Origin: an uncultured Acidobacteriota bacterium
GTDB taxonomy: Bacteria > Acidobacteriota > Terriglobia > UBA7540
Assembly: GCA_963804995.1 (NCBI GenBank)
Contig: CAWDSK010000006.1
Location: forward strand, 1,760,001-1,824,000
Direction: 5' to 3'
Length of the DNA: 64,000 nucleotides
Part shown: positions 61,572 through 64,000 of the stretch, piece by piece
Layout of the letters: each line of letters starts with the position of its first letter
Position numbering within the stretch: the stretch's first letter is position 1
Translations under genes and position numbers: made by a program
Notes under the pieces: generated by a model
Databases searched by the model: none
What the model was told of the DNA's origin: nothing
The model's input: the letters and a program-made list of their open reading frames with translations, nothing else

Positions 61572-63428
61572 TTACTTCCCGAGCGTCGGAGCAGAACCCG
61601 GCAGCGTGTAACGCAGGTTGAAGAACACCATGTTGTTCGTGGCATTCGGGGGCTGGCCGGTGTGAAAATTCACATACCAGGGATCGCGCAGAAGGTACGA
61701 GTACTGGCCCATGAAATTGATGGCGCCCCACTTGGCATCCTTCCAGATCGTCTGGTTGAAGCCAAAAGTGGCCTCCTGGATGTCGCGGTTCTGCCCGCTC
61801 GAGGCGCCTGAGTAGCCATAGCCCAGAGTCGGCACTTTTTTGCCCATGTCGATGGCAGTGTTGCGCATGATGTAAATGCCGCCATAATACGCGTAGATCA
61901 TCACTTTCTTCTGGGTGTACTCAAAGCCGCTCACCGTTGAGCCGCTGTGAATGGGAGAAAGGGAGCCGTCGGCGTGCGCGATCACGTCTGGGGCCTGACC
62001 AAAGATGTAGCGGCCACCGCCGTCACTCCAGAAGTTGTTCGTCAAGATGCGGAATCCCTTAAACGGTTCCACATGCAGATTCACGAAACCGCCCCCGCCC
62101 TGCAATGAAAAGGTGCCGGGAGCGACGGCAGGGGTTGAACTAGTGGCAACGGCGCCGGGATTGTAGACTTTGAAGTTCCGCTCCACTCCCCCGATTTCAA
62201 AGTGAACCTGTTTGTAAGGATCAAATGCCAGTTTCGCAATGACATCAGGAGCAACGTTGGGAGTAGCTATGCCACCCGAGCTTGCGCCAAAGTCCAATTC
62301 AGCCGCATAGGGTGTAGCGAGACCTGCGGGAAGGGTGATGGAGCCGCCGCCTGATGAACCGCCACCATACTGATCAGGACTGTCGAGTGCCACCGCGAAG
62401 GCCACTGTCTTGGTGGGGTGGTAAACCACCCGCAATTCCGGGATGCGTCCCCAAAACAAGCCCGCCTGGTAATTCACGTCTATATCTTGCGAGTAAAAGA
62501 GATCACCGGGAAGAGGCGAAATACCTTTGCGGCCCGGGGTGAGCAAACTCCACGTCTGGCCGCCGAGGACTTCCCACGAACCTCTTCGCACGTCGACCCA
62601 GTACAACCGCGACCGGAGAAGGTTGCTGTTACTCGTCACCGCAATGTTTTGGCTGGCAGGGGTGCCCAGAAAGTCGGCTTCCATGTAACCGATTACGTGC
62701 GCGCCTTTCACGTCCGCGTCGGCGCGGAAGCCAATCCGGGAGTTCTGCATGCTCAGACGGAACTCGCTCAGATTGGTCTGATAGGGAAGGATGCCACCCG
62801 TCGCCACGGCGGCATAGGGAATGCTTCCGAAGCTGGTCCCGATGTTCCCACCCGCTGTCTTGGTACGAAATACGCTGGTGAAATCCATAAACCCAACCGG
62901 CATCAAAGTCGCACTGCCAATGTGGAACTGCAGGGGTGATGTTTCATCCCCCGCCGGCGCTGCGGATTTCGGTGTCGGCGAAACTCCCCCCGCCGAGGGA
63001 ATCAAGGTGGAAGAAATCAGATTCCCACCGATACCGGCAGTGGATTTCTCTGCGGTGTGCGGAATGATCGGGGTGGTTGAGGCCACCTGGCCAAGGTTCG
63101 GTGACTGGGGCTGCAGGGGTTGTGGCTGCACCGCTTGCTGCGTTGGTGCAGCGGGTTGCGACAACTTTTCGAGCAGTTGCTTCTGAGCCGCTAGGGCCTT
63201 TTGCATTTGCTCGATCTGCTGCTGTTGCAGGGCCATCTGTTGCTTGAGAAGAGTGATTTCATCATTCGTGTCTGTTTTGGTTTTGGCGGCCGTCTCCGCC
63301 GGAGGTGTTGCCTTCTTCTCCGTCGAGGACGGGTTATCACTGCCAAAGTTCGACATGGGGGACAACCACACGAGTAGCGCCACCATACCCACAAACAAAC
63401 CTGTAACCAGCCTGCGTTTCTGCATCAT
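61572..63428 (-). CDS. Outer-membrane porin-like protein with N-terminal coiled coil (DcaP-like)
   Basis: Signal peptide, Q-rich coil, SRIGF, YMEADF, LRSRLYWV, GQTWSL and terminal LRYTLP. Confidence 0.75.
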   Translation of the reverse strand: MMQKRRLVTGLFVGMVALLVWLSPMSNFGSDNPSSTEKKATPPAETAAKTKTDTNDEITLLKQQMALQQQQIEQMQKALAAQKQLLEKLSQPAAPTQQAVQPQPLQPQSPNLGQVASTTPIIPHTAEKSTAGIGGNLISSTLIPSAGGVSPTPKSAAPAGDETSPLQFHIGSATLMPVGFMDFTSVFRTKTAGGNIGTSFGSIPYAAVATGGILPYQTNLSEFRLSMQNSRIGFRADADVKGAHVIGYMEADFLGTPASQNIAVTSNSNLLRSRLYWVDVRRGSWEVLGGQTWSLLTPGRKGISPLPGDLFYSQDIDVNYQAGLFWGRIPELRVVYHPTKTVAFAVALDSPDQYGGGSSGGGSITLPAGLATPYAAELDFGASSGGIATPNVAPDVIAKLAFDPYKQVHFEIGGVERNFKVYNPGAVATSSTPAVAPGTFSLQGGGGFVNLHVEPFKGFRILTNNFWSDGGGRYIFGQAPDVIAHADGSLSPIHSGSTVSGFEYTQKKVMIYAYYGGIYIMRNTAIDMGKKVPTLGYGYSGASSGQNRDIQEATFGFNQTIWKDAKWGAINFMGQYSYLLRDPWYVNFHTGQPPNATNNMVFFNLRYTLPGSAPTLGK

Positions 63429-63813
63429 TCGCTCCTTAACTTGTTGTGCTGTGAGACTGCCCAAGGTTTCTTGAAATACCTTGGAACAACTACGACCATA
63501 TTGTTCTGACAGTCGGAGTCATGGTGACGGAGCACGATTACCAAATTGTGTTACGAATGTGACAGGAAGGTTACATTGTTCGGCTTGACTGGTTATCCTG
63601 CGACAGAATGGCTTGTGCCGGGGGCTTATTACCACAAAGTTAATTCAGCCCACATCATTCGCGACCAGTGGCCCGCCTCCCGGAAAGTCCACGAACTTAC
63701 CCGAGGGCGCCAAGCCGGTGGGCAGCCATTTCTGATGCTCGCGGAACAAGCGTAGGCTTCCGTGCTCTTTCGTAGACCGCAAGCGGGCTAGAGCTTCAGG
63801 AATTGGTTCCCCA

Positions 63814-64000
63814 TTAACGTGCCGCGGGATGCGCTGCCACTCTCGGTGTCGTCGCCGCTTCGCGAAACGAAAACTTCTTGTCGACCCCCTCAAACGGCTT
63901 GCCGTCGACTTCCACATAGGGGTAAATGAAGTAGTTCAGGGGCTCACCGGCCTGCCTGGGCTGGAGCACCAAGTCGCGGCCCACCGAAAATTGCACGCGG
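63814..64000 (-). CDS. C-terminus of a transglutaminase-domain protein (partial)
   Basis: RVQFSVGRDLVL.P.Q.GEPLNYFIYPYVEVDGK motif. Confidence 0.65.
   Translation of the reverse strand, partial: RVQFSVGRDLVLQPRQAGEPLNYFIYPYVEVDGKPFEGVDKKFSFREAATTPRVAAHPAAR

Overview
GC-rich bacterial window, most likely Acidobacteriota (Terriglobia-like), inferred from the ADOP-type permease with PadR and the gene style. The housekeeping backbone includes queC/E/D, a DinG helicase, der, PIN/TRAM-ispD-ispF, apt, dacB, hemB, lptD, pstSCAB-phoU, an RND efflux operon and a two-component cluster with a globin-coupled kinase. It is overlaid by an unusually dense mobilome: a complete group II intron inserted into a REP-like palindrome (an empty copy of the target is also present), a complete IS1595-family element, a transposase-less TIR element with an 8-bp TSD carrying a ClpP-like gene, two PIN TA modules, an AbiE-like gene pair, several REP families, heptamer arrays, and IS-end 'shells' filled with REP doublets. 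The best candidate for an undescribed system is a DUF559 (Vsr-like) nuclease gene bracketed by an 81-bp inverted repeat. The same repeat is dispersed as doublets across the window, and a second, decayed DUF559 remnant is bracketed in the same way, resembling a RAYT/REPIN-like system with a different enzyme. A thioredoxin-fold selenoprotein (UxxC) and a catalytically dead S41 protease also stand out. About six single-base frameshifts in conserved genes suggest assembly indel errors. All family calls come from motif recognition by eye; no database searches were run.
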